NCBI GenBank assembly: GCA_963599905.1
Contig: CAVBYX010000045.1
Location: 2,870-66,869, forward strand
Length of the DNA stretch: 64,000 bases
Source of the DNA: Acutalibacteraceae bacterium
Lineage (GTDB): Bacteria; Bacillota; Clostridia; Oscillospirales; Acutalibacteraceae
Direction of reading: 5' to 3'
Shown: piece after piece, positions 1 to 8,572 of the stretch
Layout of the letters: the number at the start of each line of letters is the position of its first letter
Numbering within the stretch: position 1 is the first letter of the stretch
Program-made: the position numbers and the translations under genes
The notes under the pieces: model-generated
Databases searched by the model: none
Told to the model about the DNA's origin: nothing
What the model saw: the letters and a program-made list of their open reading frames with translations, nothing else

Positions 1-1
1 T

Positions 2-739
2 TGCGGTGAAAATTATATGACACGCAATTTTGCTGATACTTATTTTAGCAAAAAAGATTGTGCGAAAATCGGATATATTCGAGAGGATATAGAACGAAAC
101 TATAAAAAAGGCAATTTAAATAATCGTGAAAGAGCAATCTTAATAACATCATTGCTTTATGCAATGGATAAAATCGCCGTAACTTGCGGACATTATGATG
201 CATACAGAAAGGGTGCAAAATTTGAGGGTTCATTAGAGCTATATGTCCCGTTGGCAGAAGTTAATAATAATCAAAAAAATCAATGCTTTAATGAGGATGC
301 CAATAACCTTATTAAGAGGATTGAGGCTGACCTTGTTTACATAGATCCACCGTATAATTCAAGACAATATTGCGATTCGTATCATTTGCTTGAAAATGTT
401 GCTCGCTGGGAAAAACCCGAGGTTTTCGGTGTTGCCAAAAAGATGGATAGAAGCGGTATGAAGAGTAAATATTGTACAATCGGGGCAACAAAAGCATTTG
501 AAACACTGATAAATGATATAAAAGCTAAATACATTTTGCTTTCTTATAACAATATGGCTGAGAAAGGCAACTGCCGTTCCAATGCAAAAATTTCTGATGA
601 TGATATTATGAGAATATTGAGCCGGAAAGGAACGGTAAAGGTTTTTGAGGAAAGCTACAAAGCGTTTACAACAGGGAAATCAGACATTTCGGAAAATGCC
701 GAGAGATTATTTTTGTGTATTTGCTTTGATGAGGAGTAA
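2..739 (+). CDS. N6-adenine DNA methyltransferase, D12/Dam class (5' end outside window)
   Basis: The frame stays open back to nt 2. Catalytic DPPY motif in VYIDPPYNSRQY. LLSYNN box typical of Dam/DpnM-type enzymes. Ends 6 nt before a second D12 MTase. Confidence 0.8.
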   Translation, partial: CGENYMTRNFADTYFSKKDCAKIGYIREDIERNYKKGNLNNRERAILITSLLYAMDKIAVTCGHYDAYRKGAKFEGSLELYVPLAEVNNNQKNQCFNEDANNLIKRIEADLVYIDPPYNSRQYCDSYHLLENVARWEKPEVFGVAKKMDRSGMKSKYCTIGATKAFETLINDIKAKYILLSYNNMAEKGNCRSNAKISDDDIMRILSRKGTVKVFEESYKAFTTGKSDISENAERLFLCICFDEE

Positions 740-745
740 ATCAAT

Positions 746-1666
746 ATGATACAATCACCGCTTAATTATACCGGTGGCAAGTACAAGTTGTTACCTCAAA
801 TATTGCCGCTGTTTCCTAAAGATATAGATGTATTTGTAGATTTATTTTGCGGTGGCTGTAATGTCGGTATCAATGTTGACTGTAACCGAGTTATTTATAA
901 TGACTTAAATGAAAATCTGCTTTATTTATACAATACCTTCAAAAATCTTGATAAGGAATCTGTTTTGGAGTGGATTTATGAAATTATAGAAAAGTACGGT
1001 TTGTCCCTTGTCAGCAAAAACGGATATGATTATTACGGTTGCGAGAGTAGCAAAGGTCTTGGCAATTATAACAGGGAAGGATATTTAAAACTGCGTGCGG
1101 ATTTTAATCAAAAACACGCAAACGGGAACTTTGATTATTATTACTATGTTATGCTTTATGTAATAATCGTATATGCTTTTAATAATCAAATTCGTTTTAA
1201 TTCAAACGGCGAATTTAATTTGCCGGTGGGAAAAAGGGATTTCAATAAAAAAATGGAGCAAAAACTCATTGATTTTATCGACAGAATCCAAGAGCAAAAC
1301 TGTGTTTTTACCTGCCGTGATTTTAGAGAGTTCGACACATCAGCATTAACACCGCAGGATTTTGTATATGTTGATCCGCCGTATTTGATTACTTGTGCCA
1401 CATACAATGAGCAAGGCGGTTGGAACGAAACCGACGAAAGAGATTTACTTGCTTTTTTGGATGAATTAAATGGCAGAAACATTCGATTTGCTTTGTCTAA
1501 TGTTTTAAGAAGTAAGGGTAAGGAAAACAATATATTGATTGAATGGCTTGAAAAAAACGCAGATAAATATAAGACTGTAAGGCTCAATTATAATTATTCG
1601 AATTCAAATTATCAGACAAAAGATAAAACTTCTTCTTCCGAAGAAGTTTTGATAATAAATTATTGA
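746..1666 (+). CDS. N6-adenine DNA methyltransferase, D12/Dam class (second MTase of the operon)
   Basis: N-terminal PLNYTGGKYKLLPQI, SAM-binding-like FCGGCNVG, catalytic VYVDPPY. Confidence 0.85.
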   Translation: MIQSPLNYTGGKYKLLPQILPLFPKDIDVFVDLFCGGCNVGINVDCNRVIYNDLNENLLYLYNTFKNLDKESVLEWIYEIIEKYGLSLVSKNGYDYYGCESSKGLGNYNREGYLKLRADFNQKHANGNFDYYYYVMLYVIIVYAFNNQIRFNSNGEFNLPVGKRDFNKKMEQKLIDFIDRIQEQNCVFTCRDFREFDTSALTPQDFVYVDPPYLITCATYNEQGGWNETDERDLLAFLDELNGRNIRFALSNVLRSKGKENNILIEWLEKNADKYKTVRLNYNYSNSNYQTKDKTSSSEEVLIINY

Positions 1667-1679
1667 GGGGAATGCGGCT

Positions 1680-3650
1680 ATGCCAAATTTAATTCCATAT
1701 AAAAGTTTTTGTTGGAGCTTGGGGACTACCAGTTTCAGAACGAAAAACTTCAATAAAACCATTGAAGAACAACTTGCTCTGTTAGACGAGTTTTGGTCTC
1801 TTGAAGAAAATAAAAATGAGACTTGGTCGGGAAATAAAGATTTACAAACCCGTTATTATGATTTTATGCAGTCTAAAGGGTTTGTGGAGGGCAATGCCGG
1901 AAATAAACCCAAAGACGCACGTGAAAAAACATCGGGTTTGGTTGATATCGGCTTAATTGATGACGGAAGAAAATTGAGTAATGCAGGAAAAGCATTGCTT
2001 AAAATCAGCTTTGAAAATGATTTTTCTTCCGATAATCAATTTCAAATAGCCAAGGATAGTTTTATCTATTTTAAGCAGTTGTTAAAAACATATTACAATG
2101 TAGACGGACATACTGTGCGTCCGTTTATGGTATTGATTCATTTATTGGATAAATTCGATTATTTAACACTTGATGAATATACATATTTATTACCTTTGTG
2201 CATTGGAGAAAAAGAAACTGCTGAAATCGTCGAAGGCATTTCAAAGTTACGCTCTGGCAGTACATCTATTGAACAAATCATCATAGATCGTTTAATGGAT
2301 ATGCCTAATTATAAAATGGCATTAGACTATCTTCTCGAAAATGAAGTTAGCGAAGATTTGATATGTGAAATAGGACTTAATAGAAAAAGCCGACAATACG
2401 ATAAAGCGTATTTTAAGTTATATCAGGGATTACGCCGAGTTTTTGTATTAAACGATATGGATAGCTTGATATCTGTTTATGGTGCGACAAGAGATATAAA
2501 AATAGGAAAATGGTGGCGCAATTATTTATTTGATACCACTTCTGAAAAGGCAATTAGCAACCATCCTGTGGCGCATTTAAAAGCAACATCATTTAATGAA
2601 GTTGAAGATGAAAGTACCTTCAAAATTGCTTTCTTTAAAATAATGCACTTATTTAAGGCCAAAGCCACGCTTTCAGACTATCTTGACCTTAATCGTAGGT
2701 ATATTAAAACAACGGATGTAGTGTTATTTGAGGATGATACAATTAAACTTGATATTGTTCCTAAGCATTTTTTCAAAGCTGTTGCGGAAAATTTGCATTT
2801 AGATACATTCACTTCATCTGAATTGTTGTTTGAAGATTGCGATATGTCAGAGATATCTGCGTGCCTTGTAGTAAGTGACGAAACTATTGTTGCCGGAATT
2901 AATGAAGAACTCGGCATAAATGTTTCTGATATGCAGTCAGCACGAGAAGCTTTGGATGATACACGTTATCAGAGATTGCAACATCTTATTGACACTAAAT
3001 TTACTGATGATAAATTACTGTCGCTTCTTGATTGCTTTGAAACCAGAAATGATGATGAAATCAGAAGTATGGTTACCGATAATGCCGATGTACCTACGAT
3101 TTTCGAATATGTGCTTGGTATTTTGTGGTACAAAGCAAGTGAAAGACACGGTAAGATTCTTGATTATATGAAGCTCTCGCTGGACGCTGATTTATTGCCT
3201 AAAACTCATGCGGCTGGTGGCGAGGCAGATATAGTTTATGAATATGAGTCAACCGAGTACTATCCTGAACACACACTTTTGCTCGAAGCAACACTTGCTG
3301 ACAGTACGAACCAACGTAGAATGGAAATGGAGCCTGTTTCAAGGCATTTGGGTATGTATTTAATACGTACCGGTAATATGAATTCTTACTGCGTTTTTGC
3401 TACAAATTATCTTAACATAAATGTTATTTCTGATTTCCGTAGCAGAAAGACAACTCCGTTTTATGATCCGCAAGACTATTCAAAGTCTGTAGCGGGAATG
3501 AAAATTATTCCTTTGCAGACATCGGAATTGAAAAAGATTGTTTCTAACGGAAAAACATACAAGGATTTGTATCCAATATTTGAAACAGCGTTTAATTCGA
3601 CATTACCACCACACGAGTGGTATAACCAAAATATATGTGAGATTTTTTAG
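1680..3650 (+). CDS. Putative Type IIS restriction endonuclease (AlwI/PleI/MlyI/BstNBI-family-like)
   Basis: 656-aa ORF 13 nt after two adenine MTases. The N-terminal W-x-LGTTSFRTKN... segment recalls the AlwI-family N-terminus. C-terminal GGEADIV...LLLEATL resembles a D...E-x-K/T nuclease core. Family assignment is from memory, not a search. Confidence 0.5.
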   Translation: MPNLIPYKSFCWSLGTTSFRTKNFNKTIEEQLALLDEFWSLEENKNETWSGNKDLQTRYYDFMQSKGFVEGNAGNKPKDAREKTSGLVDIGLIDDGRKLSNAGKALLKISFENDFSSDNQFQIAKDSFIYFKQLLKTYYNVDGHTVRPFMVLIHLLDKFDYLTLDEYTYLLPLCIGEKETAEIVEGISKLRSGSTSIEQIIIDRLMDMPNYKMALDYLLENEVSEDLICEIGLNRKSRQYDKAYFKLYQGLRRVFVLNDMDSLISVYGATRDIKIGKWWRNYLFDTTSEKAISNHPVAHLKATSFNEVEDESTFKIAFFKIMHLFKAKATLSDYLDLNRRYIKTTDVVLFEDDTIKLDIVPKHFFKAVAENLHLDTFTSSELLFEDCDMSEISACLVVSDETIVAGINEELGINVSDMQSAREALDDTRYQRLQHLIDTKFTDDKLLSLLDCFETRNDDEIRSMVTDNADVPTIFEYVLGILWYKASERHGKILDYMKLSLDADLLPKTHAAGGEADIVYEYESTEYYPEHTLLLEATLADSTNQRRMEMEPVSRHLGMYLIRTGNMNSYCVFATNYLNINVISDFRSRKTTPFYDPQDYSKSVAGMKIIPLQTSELKKIVSNGKTYKDLYPIFETAFNSTLPPHEWYNQNICEIF

Positions 3651-3694
3651 AAGCGATTTGCAGTAAAAAACTATTTTTATCAAGGAGAAAAATT

Positions 3695-4660
3695 ATGGCA
3701 ACGTCTGAACAATTATTATCTTTAATAAGAGCTCATTATGAAAATGACAATGAGCACTTTAAAACGGTTGCATTGCAAATTGCTGCACACGAATCGAAAA
3801 TTGGGCATACTGTTCTTGCACAATCATTAAAAGATATGGTTATGAAACAGAAAGCAAATCAAATTGTGCGTTCAATAAAGCCTATGGACAATAGTTTAAT
3901 CACACAGAGAATTTCCAAAAGCAGAAAAAGCGATTTGATTGTTTCTGAAAAGTTAGATCGACAAATTAATAATATTATTTTGGAATTTACGCAACGTTCA
4001 AAACTTAGTAGAAACGGTTATACAAATCGACGTAAAATCCTATTAGAAGGATTACCTGGAACAGGGAAAACTCTAACCGCTTCGGTTTTAGCAACTGAAT
4101 TGAAATTGCCATTATATATAGTACAAACTGATAAACTCATTAGTAAATATATGGGAGAAACTGGGACAAAATTGCGCCAAATTTTTGATGCAATCTCACA
4201 GGATATTGGAATATATTTTTTCGATGAATTTGATTCTATAGGTGCGGAACGTTCTTCAGACAATGATGTTAAAGAAATGCACCGTGTGTTAAATTTATTT
4301 TTACAATTCATAGAACAAGATACATCAGATAGTATTATTATTGCGGCAACAAACAGCGGAAACCTTTTAGATCAAGCGTTATTTAGACGTTTTGATGATG
4401 TTTTACGTTTTGATTTGCCTTCAAGCATTGAAATTGAGAAGCTTTTTGCATTAAAGCTCAATAAGTTTATCTCCTCAAAAACAATCAACCAAGAAATAAT
4501 AGATTTAGCAGTCGGCTTATGTCACGCCGACATTGCTAAAGCTTGTGAAAACGCGATTAAACAAGCAATATTAAATGATAAAAAATATGTTTCTCAGGAT
4601 AACATTAAAGAAATGCTCATAGAAAGGAAAGTTGTATATCAATCAAAGGAGGCTAAATAA
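3695..4660 (+). CDS. AAA+ ATPase, IetA-like
   Basis: Walker A GLPGTGKT, Walker B IYFFDEFD, sensor-1 AATN, Arg-finger region ALFRRFD. Its stop overlaps the start of the downstream subtilase by 1 nt (TAATG). Confidence 0.75.
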   Translation: MATSEQLLSLIRAHYENDNEHFKTVALQIAAHESKIGHTVLAQSLKDMVMKQKANQIVRSIKPMDNSLITQRISKSRKSDLIVSEKLDRQINNIILEFTQRSKLSRNGYTNRRKILLEGLPGTGKTLTASVLATELKLPLYIVQTDKLISKYMGETGTKLRQIFDAISQDIGIYFFDEFDSIGAERSSDNDVKEMHRVLNLFLQFIEQDTSDSIIIAATNSGNLLDQALFRRFDDVLRFDLPSSIEIEKLFALKLNKFISSKTINQEIIDLAVGLCHADIAKACENAIKQAILNDKKYVSQDNIKEMLIERKVVYQSKEAK

Positions 4661-7176
4661 TGGATAGGTATAATAATGTGTTTCTTTCAGATACTGCTGA
4701 AACATACGATTTTAGTTCCACTCCAAAACCAGCTGGAGAATTACAAATACCTTTTCGTGAAAATCGTCAGTCTCATAGTGACAAATTGGTAGCGCAGTTT
4801 CGCGAAGCTCAAAATCACTTTAATTCTTATACGCCAGAACAAGTTGCAGCTATTTCTTATAACACAGGTACCTATGTAGAGTTTGTAGGCGCTGAAAATT
4901 GTGATTTGGTGACAAAAAGTCTTGAAGACAGTCGACAAGGAATAAAGCTTTTAAATGTACGTGATGTTGTTTCCGAATGTGATGAAAATCATAATCCTAA
5001 AATAACAACAAAAGCTACTGTTTTTATTCCTGCTGGTAAAGAAGATGTCTTTATAAAAAAGATTACGGATTTTGCTACAAAGCAAACTAAAAGCGGAAAG
5101 CCTAAAAACAACGATCTTGTTAGTAGTATAGAATATATTTCAGATGCGATAAAAATAAGTTCTTTTTGGGTTGGACGTCCTAACGAAATGCCGAATGAAA
5201 CTAAGCGGTGGTATGAATTATGGGTAGATGTTGACGAAAAACATTTTGATGAAATTATGAAAAACACTTTTAGCGTGTTAAATGAACTAAATTTAGAGCA
5301 TAGGCAAGAAACAGAGTATATTAGATTTCCTGAAAGATTAGTGCTCCCCGTTTTTGCTAATCGTTCAGAGTTATTAAGTTTGATAAGACAAGGAGTAACC
5401 ATTGCCGAAATACGTAAACCTGCAGAACCTAATGCATTCTTTCTTGATTCGTCTGTATCAGAACAAACTGACTGGGCAGATGATTTGTTGGCAAGAACAA
5501 AGTTTAATGATTCTGGAGTAACAGTATGTATTTTAGACACAGGCGTTAATAATCATCATAAATTAATATCGCCATATATGCCGATATCTGGAACAACTGT
5601 TAATAATTCTTGGGGAACACAGGACAAGAATGGACACGGCACCAATATGGCTGGTGTGATTTTGTATAATGATTTAAAACGATATTTAATTACTAATGAC
5701 CCTTTTGAATTGAATCACACTATTGAATCGGTGAAGATCTTAGAACCAAATTCATCAGAACCAACAAATGTAACACTTTATGGTTCTATAACTGAACAGG
5801 CGGCACTATTGCCTGAAATTTCCAATCCAACAGCAAAGCGTATTTATTGCATGGCAGTCACAGATTCAACGAGTGGTTTTAATAATGGTCAACCGTCATC
5901 TTGGTCTGCTGCAATTGACAAGATATCAGCAGAAGGTCAAAAAAGTCTATTCATTGTTTCGGGAGGTAATGTTGAAGAAGATGAATTGAAAGCTACTGGG
6001 TATCCAAATGCTTGCATAAATAAATCAATAGAGGATCCAGCTCAAGCCTGGAATGCTTTAACGGTAGGTGCTTATTCCGTAGATTCGACTATCGAGCCAC
6101 GCAGAGAAACAGAAGGATATTCTCCGATTGCTCAATGTGGTGAATTGTCTCCGTATAGTTCGACCTCTAATGAGTGGAAAACTCAATGGCCCATCAAACC
6201 TGAGGTAGTATGTGACGGCGGTAATGTAGCAAGTGATGGAACAAATTTTATACAGGGTATGGATGAACTGTCAAAACTAACACTATCTAAAGATATAAAT
6301 CGAAGACTATTTGATACGATTTGGGCCACAAGTGCATCTGCGGCACAATGTTCATACATAGCAGCTGAGCTAATGGCTGCATATCCATCAATGAGACCGG
6401 AAACATTACGTGCATTAATTGTCCATTCAGCTCGTTGGACTACTCAAATGATAAACCAATTTGGGTTACCTGATACAAAATCTCAAGGACGTAAAAAATT
6501 GCTTAGGACTTGTGGCTACGGAGTCCCTAATCTTGAAATAGCAAAAGACACGCTTAATAATCGAGTAAATATGATTGTTGAAGGGGAACTTCAGCCATAC
6601 GAGAAAAAGCAGAGTTCTGCTCCGAAAATGAAAGAGATGCACTTACATACCCTACCTTGGCCAGAAAGTGTACTGCAAACCTTAGAAAATAAAATGGTTA
6701 AAGTAAGAATTACTTTATCATATTTTATAGAGCCTGGTCCAGGACAAAAGGGTTGGAAAAACAAGTACAGATATTCATCTTGTGGTCTTCGTTTTGATAT
6801 GAAACGCCCAAATGAAACATTGGAACAATTTCAACAGCGAATCAATAATCTTATGCGTGATGATGATTATCAAAATACGAGCACCACAGATAATAATTGG
6901 TTCTTAGGTTCAAAAAATAGAGATGTAGGTTCTATTCATTCCGATGTTTGGGAAGATACAGCAATTAACTTAGCGCAAAGTGGCGTTATTGCAGTATATC
7001 CTGTTGTGGGTTGGTGGAGAGAACGAACAGCATTGAAGAAATACAATTCTAAGATTCCATATTCTTTAGTTGTAACAATAGAAACACCAGAAGAAAATGT
7101 CGATCTATATACTCCAATTATGACTAAGATAGCTAGTAGAGTTACTGTTCCGATTGCAACAAGTAGCAACACATAA
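4660..7176 (+). CDS. S8 subtilisin-family serine protease, IetS-like (838 aa)
   Basis: Asp box VCILDTGVNNHH, His box NGHGTNMAGV, Ser box WATSASAAQCSY. About 280 aa of unassigned N-terminal domain. Translationally coupled to the AAA+ ATPase. Confidence 0.75.
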   Translation: MDRYNNVFLSDTAETYDFSSTPKPAGELQIPFRENRQSHSDKLVAQFREAQNHFNSYTPEQVAAISYNTGTYVEFVGAENCDLVTKSLEDSRQGIKLLNVRDVVSECDENHNPKITTKATVFIPAGKEDVFIKKITDFATKQTKSGKPKNNDLVSSIEYISDAIKISSFWVGRPNEMPNETKRWYELWVDVDEKHFDEIMKNTFSVLNELNLEHRQETEYIRFPERLVLPVFANRSELLSLIRQGVTIAEIRKPAEPNAFFLDSSVSEQTDWADDLLARTKFNDSGVTVCILDTGVNNHHKLISPYMPISGTTVNNSWGTQDKNGHGTNMAGVILYNDLKRYLITNDPFELNHTIESVKILEPNSSEPTNVTLYGSITEQAALLPEISNPTAKRIYCMAVTDSTSGFNNGQPSSWSAAIDKISAEGQKSLFIVSGGNVEEDELKATGYPNACINKSIEDPAQAWNALTVGAYSVDSTIEPRRETEGYSPIAQCGELSPYSSTSNEWKTQWPIKPEVVCDGGNVASDGTNFIQGMDELSKLTLSKDINRRLFDTIWATSASAAQCSYIAAELMAAYPSMRPETLRALIVHSARWTTQMINQFGLPDTKSQGRKKLLRTCGYGVPNLEIAKDTLNNRVNMIVEGELQPYEKKQSSAPKMKEMHLHTLPWPESVLQTLENKMVKVRITLSYFIEPGPGQKGWKNKYRYSSCGLRFDMKRPNETLEQFQQRINNLMRDDDYQNTSTTDNNWFLGSKNRDVGSIHSDVWEDTAINLAQSGVIAVYPVVGWWRERTALKKYNSKIPYSLVVTIETPEENVDLYTPIMTKIASRVTVPIATSSNT

Positions 7177-7301
7177 AATTATGTCACCCTAGCTAAAAGT
7201 ATTGCTACAAATAAAAGCGTTAAAAGCGCTAAATCGATACAACATAATGCGTTTGATTTTTTCAAGAATATATCTGATATACTTGTTGCCGTGGCAACGA
7301 T

Positions 7302-7420
7302 ATGGCAACAAAAAATCGGATAGCGTATGCTTTACCGATAATACAAATAATGTAGGTACTCTCTGCTAAATCTCATAAACAAATGCGTTTAAGATTGATT
7401 TACAGGGAGCGAGTGGGAAT
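7302..7420 (+). repeat. Direct repeat copy 1 (119 nt), candidate att/element-end sequence
   Basis: Aligns colinearly without gaps to 18840-18958 with 8 mismatches by eye. Both copies are preceded by a TGGCAAC-containing sequence and end in GGGAGCGAGTGGGAAT. Confidence 0.85.
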
Positions 7421-7568
7421 AATACCAAGAGTGCTGTAAACCCGCATAAGCACTGGGTTTTAGGCTCTTAAATTCCCGATTTGATAGCAAAATGATAGCA
7501 AACTGAAAAATGACTTTATTCTAAGTGTTCTATCGGTTTGCAGGTACAATTATCTTAATACTATAAAA

Positions 7569-7605
7569 GGCATTACTGACTTTTGCAGTCGGTAATGCCT
7601 TTTTT
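7569..7605. terminator. Bidirectional rho-independent terminator downstream of the XRE gene
   Basis: 13-bp stem GGCATTACTGACT / AGTCGGTAATGCC (one G-U pair), 5-nt loop. T6 run on the + strand and TTTTAT on the - strand. Confidence 0.6.
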
Positions 7606-7627
7606 GTGTCTTCTATTATGTTCCGTT

Positions 7628-8092
7628 TTACTTACGAGAATTAAAAGCTACGCTTTCGGGGTAGTTATATCTCCAGTTATCGTATTCCTCTTTTGTGATT
7701 TCTCCGTTCTTAAACTTTTCGGCTTGTTCCTGCCAAGCGGAAAACATATCAAACATTTTAAGATAGTTTGTTCCCATACCCTTATCAAGGCGTATGCAAA
7801 GCTCATCATCAAGTTTATCAATACGGAAACCGTATAAATCCTCAAGAGTAAACAGCGTGTGCATTAAGCCGTTGTAGCTGTCAATGTCGGGCACAGTTAA
7901 AGCACTTGTTGATACGCCAAACACATTTGCAAGATTGTTTGTTAAATCAGCCTTAGGCGTTCTTGATCCTGATTCATACTGTGCCATACGAATGTCAGCG
8001 GTTTTCTCCGGAAAGCCCACCTGCATACCGAGATATTTTTGAGTCATACCTTTTAAATTTCTGAAAAATCTTATTCTTTCTCCGATAGCCAT
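7628..8092 (-). CDS. XRE-family HTH transcriptional regulator (element repressor candidate)
   Basis: N-terminal IGERIRFFRNLKGMTQKYLGMQVG HTH. Divergent from the xis-int module. Confidence 0.85.
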   Translation of the reverse strand: MAIGERIRFFRNLKGMTQKYLGMQVGFPEKTADIRMAQYESGSRTPKADLTNNLANVFGVSTSALTVPDIDSYNGLMHTLFTLEDLYGFRIDKLDDELCIRLDKGMGTNYLKMFDMFSAWQEQAEKFKNGEITKEEYDNWRYNYPESVAFNSRK

Positions 8093-8122
8093 AATATAGC
8101 CCCTCTCATTTTACTGTTAAAT

Positions 8123-8152
8123 ATCATAGCATAACAAGTTAAGTGATGTCAA
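8123..8152 (-). promoter_or_regulatory. Sigma-A-type promoter for the XRE gene
   Basis: On the minus strand: TTGACA, 18-nt spacer, TATGAT. GAGGG Shine-Dalgarno before the ATG at 8092. Confidence 0.45.
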
Positions 8153-8194
8153 GACACATAAAGCAAAAAAGTTTAATATTTTTATGAAAACCAC

Positions 8195-8223
8195 TTGACA
8201 TAACGGAATATGCTTAGTATAAT
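8195..8223 (+). promoter_or_regulatory. Sigma-A-type promoter for the xis-int-mob operon
   Basis: TTGACA (8195-8200), 17-nt spacer, TATAAT (8218-8223). Confidence 0.55.
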
Positions 8224-8373
8224 TATTAAGCAAATAGCGTTAAGTCATTTGCCAAAATTGAATATCCGTCATATATCACGGTAATGGTGTATCCGCTCGG
8301 GCAAATCGGAATGCGGTCAGAAAGTATCCGACACTAAATAATTATAAAAATATAAAACGAAAGGATGATGTTA

Positions 8374-8571
8374 ATGTCAAATAAAATGTTTATGCGTGTT
8401 GAAGATGTAGCAGAAGAAATGGGCGTTTCCGTTTCTTACGCCTACAAACTCATACGCAAATTAAATAAAGAATTGCAGTCAACCGGGTGTATTACAATCC
8501 CCGGCAGAATTGACCGTAAATTCTTTCACGAAAAATTTTACTCAACAAAAACAATTGAAAGGAGCGATTAA
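8374..8571 (+). CDS. Excisionase-like / HTH_17-type DNA-binding protein
   Basis: MRVEDVAEEMGVSVSYAYKLIRKL HTH. Lies immediately upstream of the integrase. The ATG at 8374 is preferred over 8365 on AAGGA spacing. Confidence 0.6.
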   Translation: MSNKMFMRVEDVAEEMGVSVSYAYKLIRKLNKELQSTGCITIPGRIDRKFFHEKFYSTKTIERSD

Positions 8572-8572
8572 A

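Larger units (their letters stand above)
1..7420. mobile_element. Right-hand part of a putative integrative element / defence cargo (left end outside window)
   Basis: Purely accessory gene content. It ends in the same 119-nt sequence that ends the neighbouring IME. Confidence 0.4.

Noticed and set aside
4989-5540. 183-aa ORF on the minus strand inside the subtilase gene.
   Set aside because: It is fully antisense to a well-supported CDS with catalytic motifs. It has no RBS and a low-complexity composition typical of shadow ORFs in AT-rich DNA.
7438-7449. 12-mer AAACCCGCATAA just right of repeat copy 1. It recurs in inverted orientation just right of copy 2 (18987-18998).
   Set aside because: It is a single short match that could be coincidental. 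It is noted as a possible recombinase site but is too weak to call without excision-junction data.
7380-7480. The idea that the repeat end (GGGAGCGAGTGGGAAT...) is the 5' end of a tmRNA, or a tRNA fragment used as att.
   Set aside because: I could not fold an acceptor/T-arm or any tRNA-like structure. The nested stems seen after copy 1 (GGGAAT/ATTCCC, AAGAG/CTCTT, GTGCT/AGCAC) are absent after copy 2.
7583-7837. 84-aa plus-strand ORF.
   Set aside because: It is antisense to the XRE repressor CDS and begins inside the terminator hairpin.
8510-8572. Upstream extension of the integrase ORF (ORF-track start at 8510).
   Set aside because: It would overlap the Xis-like CDS by 62 nt. The ATG at 8573 has a GGAG RBS and gives the usual integrase N-terminus (GTWYVQFRY close to the start).
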